NCBI GenBank assembly: GCA_031458695.1
Contig: JAVKJW010000012.1
Location: 1 to 15,303 of the forward strand
Length of the DNA: 15,303 nt
Direction: 5' to 3'
DNA from: Candidatus Thermofontivivens primus
GTDB taxonomy: Bacteria; Sysuimicrobiota; Sysuimicrobiia; Sysuimicrobiales; Thermofontiviventaceae
Positions 15,157 to 15,303 of the stretch are shown here, in pieces; the first letter of the stretch is position 1; each line of letters opens with the position of its first letter. Under the pieces are notes generated by a model. That model was not told the DNA's origin. It searched no databases and saw only the letters and a list, made by a program, of their open reading frames with translations. A program made the translations under genes and the position numbers.

Positions 15157-15303
15157 TCATGGTTTCGACTTTGGGTCTCCTGGAAGCGTCCCCGCTTTGA
15201 TCTCGTCGATGTTCTTCACGCCGTCCTTGTCGGAGTCCAGGGGCTCGATTGCTTTCAGGGCGGCGGTGATGTCCTTGGTCTTCTCGAGTTGTTTCTTGAG
15301 GTC
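15157..15303 (-). CDS. 3' end of a small protein with a DxDxDG (thrombospondin type 3-like, Ca-binding) motif; 5'-truncated
   Basis: Not in the ORF track. Manual translation from 15303 gives DLKKQLEKTKDITAALKAIEPLDSDKDGVKNIDEIKAGTLPGDPKSKP-stop (TGA at 15159-15157). Confidence 0.8.
   Translation of the reverse strand, partial: DLKKQLEKTKDITAALKAIEPLDSDKDGVKNIDEIKAGTLPGDPKSKP

Overview
GC-rich bacterial window with two convergent energy-metabolism blocks. The + strand (1-9880) carries a cytoplasmic group 3c (Mvh-type) [NiFe]-hydrogenase: mvhD (5'-truncated), mvhG and mvhA. A maturation cluster follows: endopeptidase, hypA, a Ni-transporter-like membrane protein, hypF, a Cys-less HypC paralogue, hypC, hypD and hypE. 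hypB is absent from the window. Next is a Tat-exported split-Soret-type diheme protein (10068-10853). The - strand (15303-10876) carries a partial small protein with a DxDxDG motif, a Rieske protein, a fused cytochrome b, a 9-heme membrane-anchored cytochrome c and a thioredoxin-like/CcdA fusion. The most unusual signal is at DNA level, where three unrelated short-repeat families occupy the maturation genes. (1) Four dispersed arrays of a 9-bp unit (YGTGTAGAC) sit at gene ends or in frame, and one is enclosed in 17-bp inverted repeats. (2) An 8-bp tandem-plus-inverted repeat lies inside hypF. (3) A 34-bp REP-like palindrome occurs both after hypE and, inverted, inside hypF. hypF therefore carries three in-frame repeat-derived segments. 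All calls come from motif recognition by eye; no searches were run.
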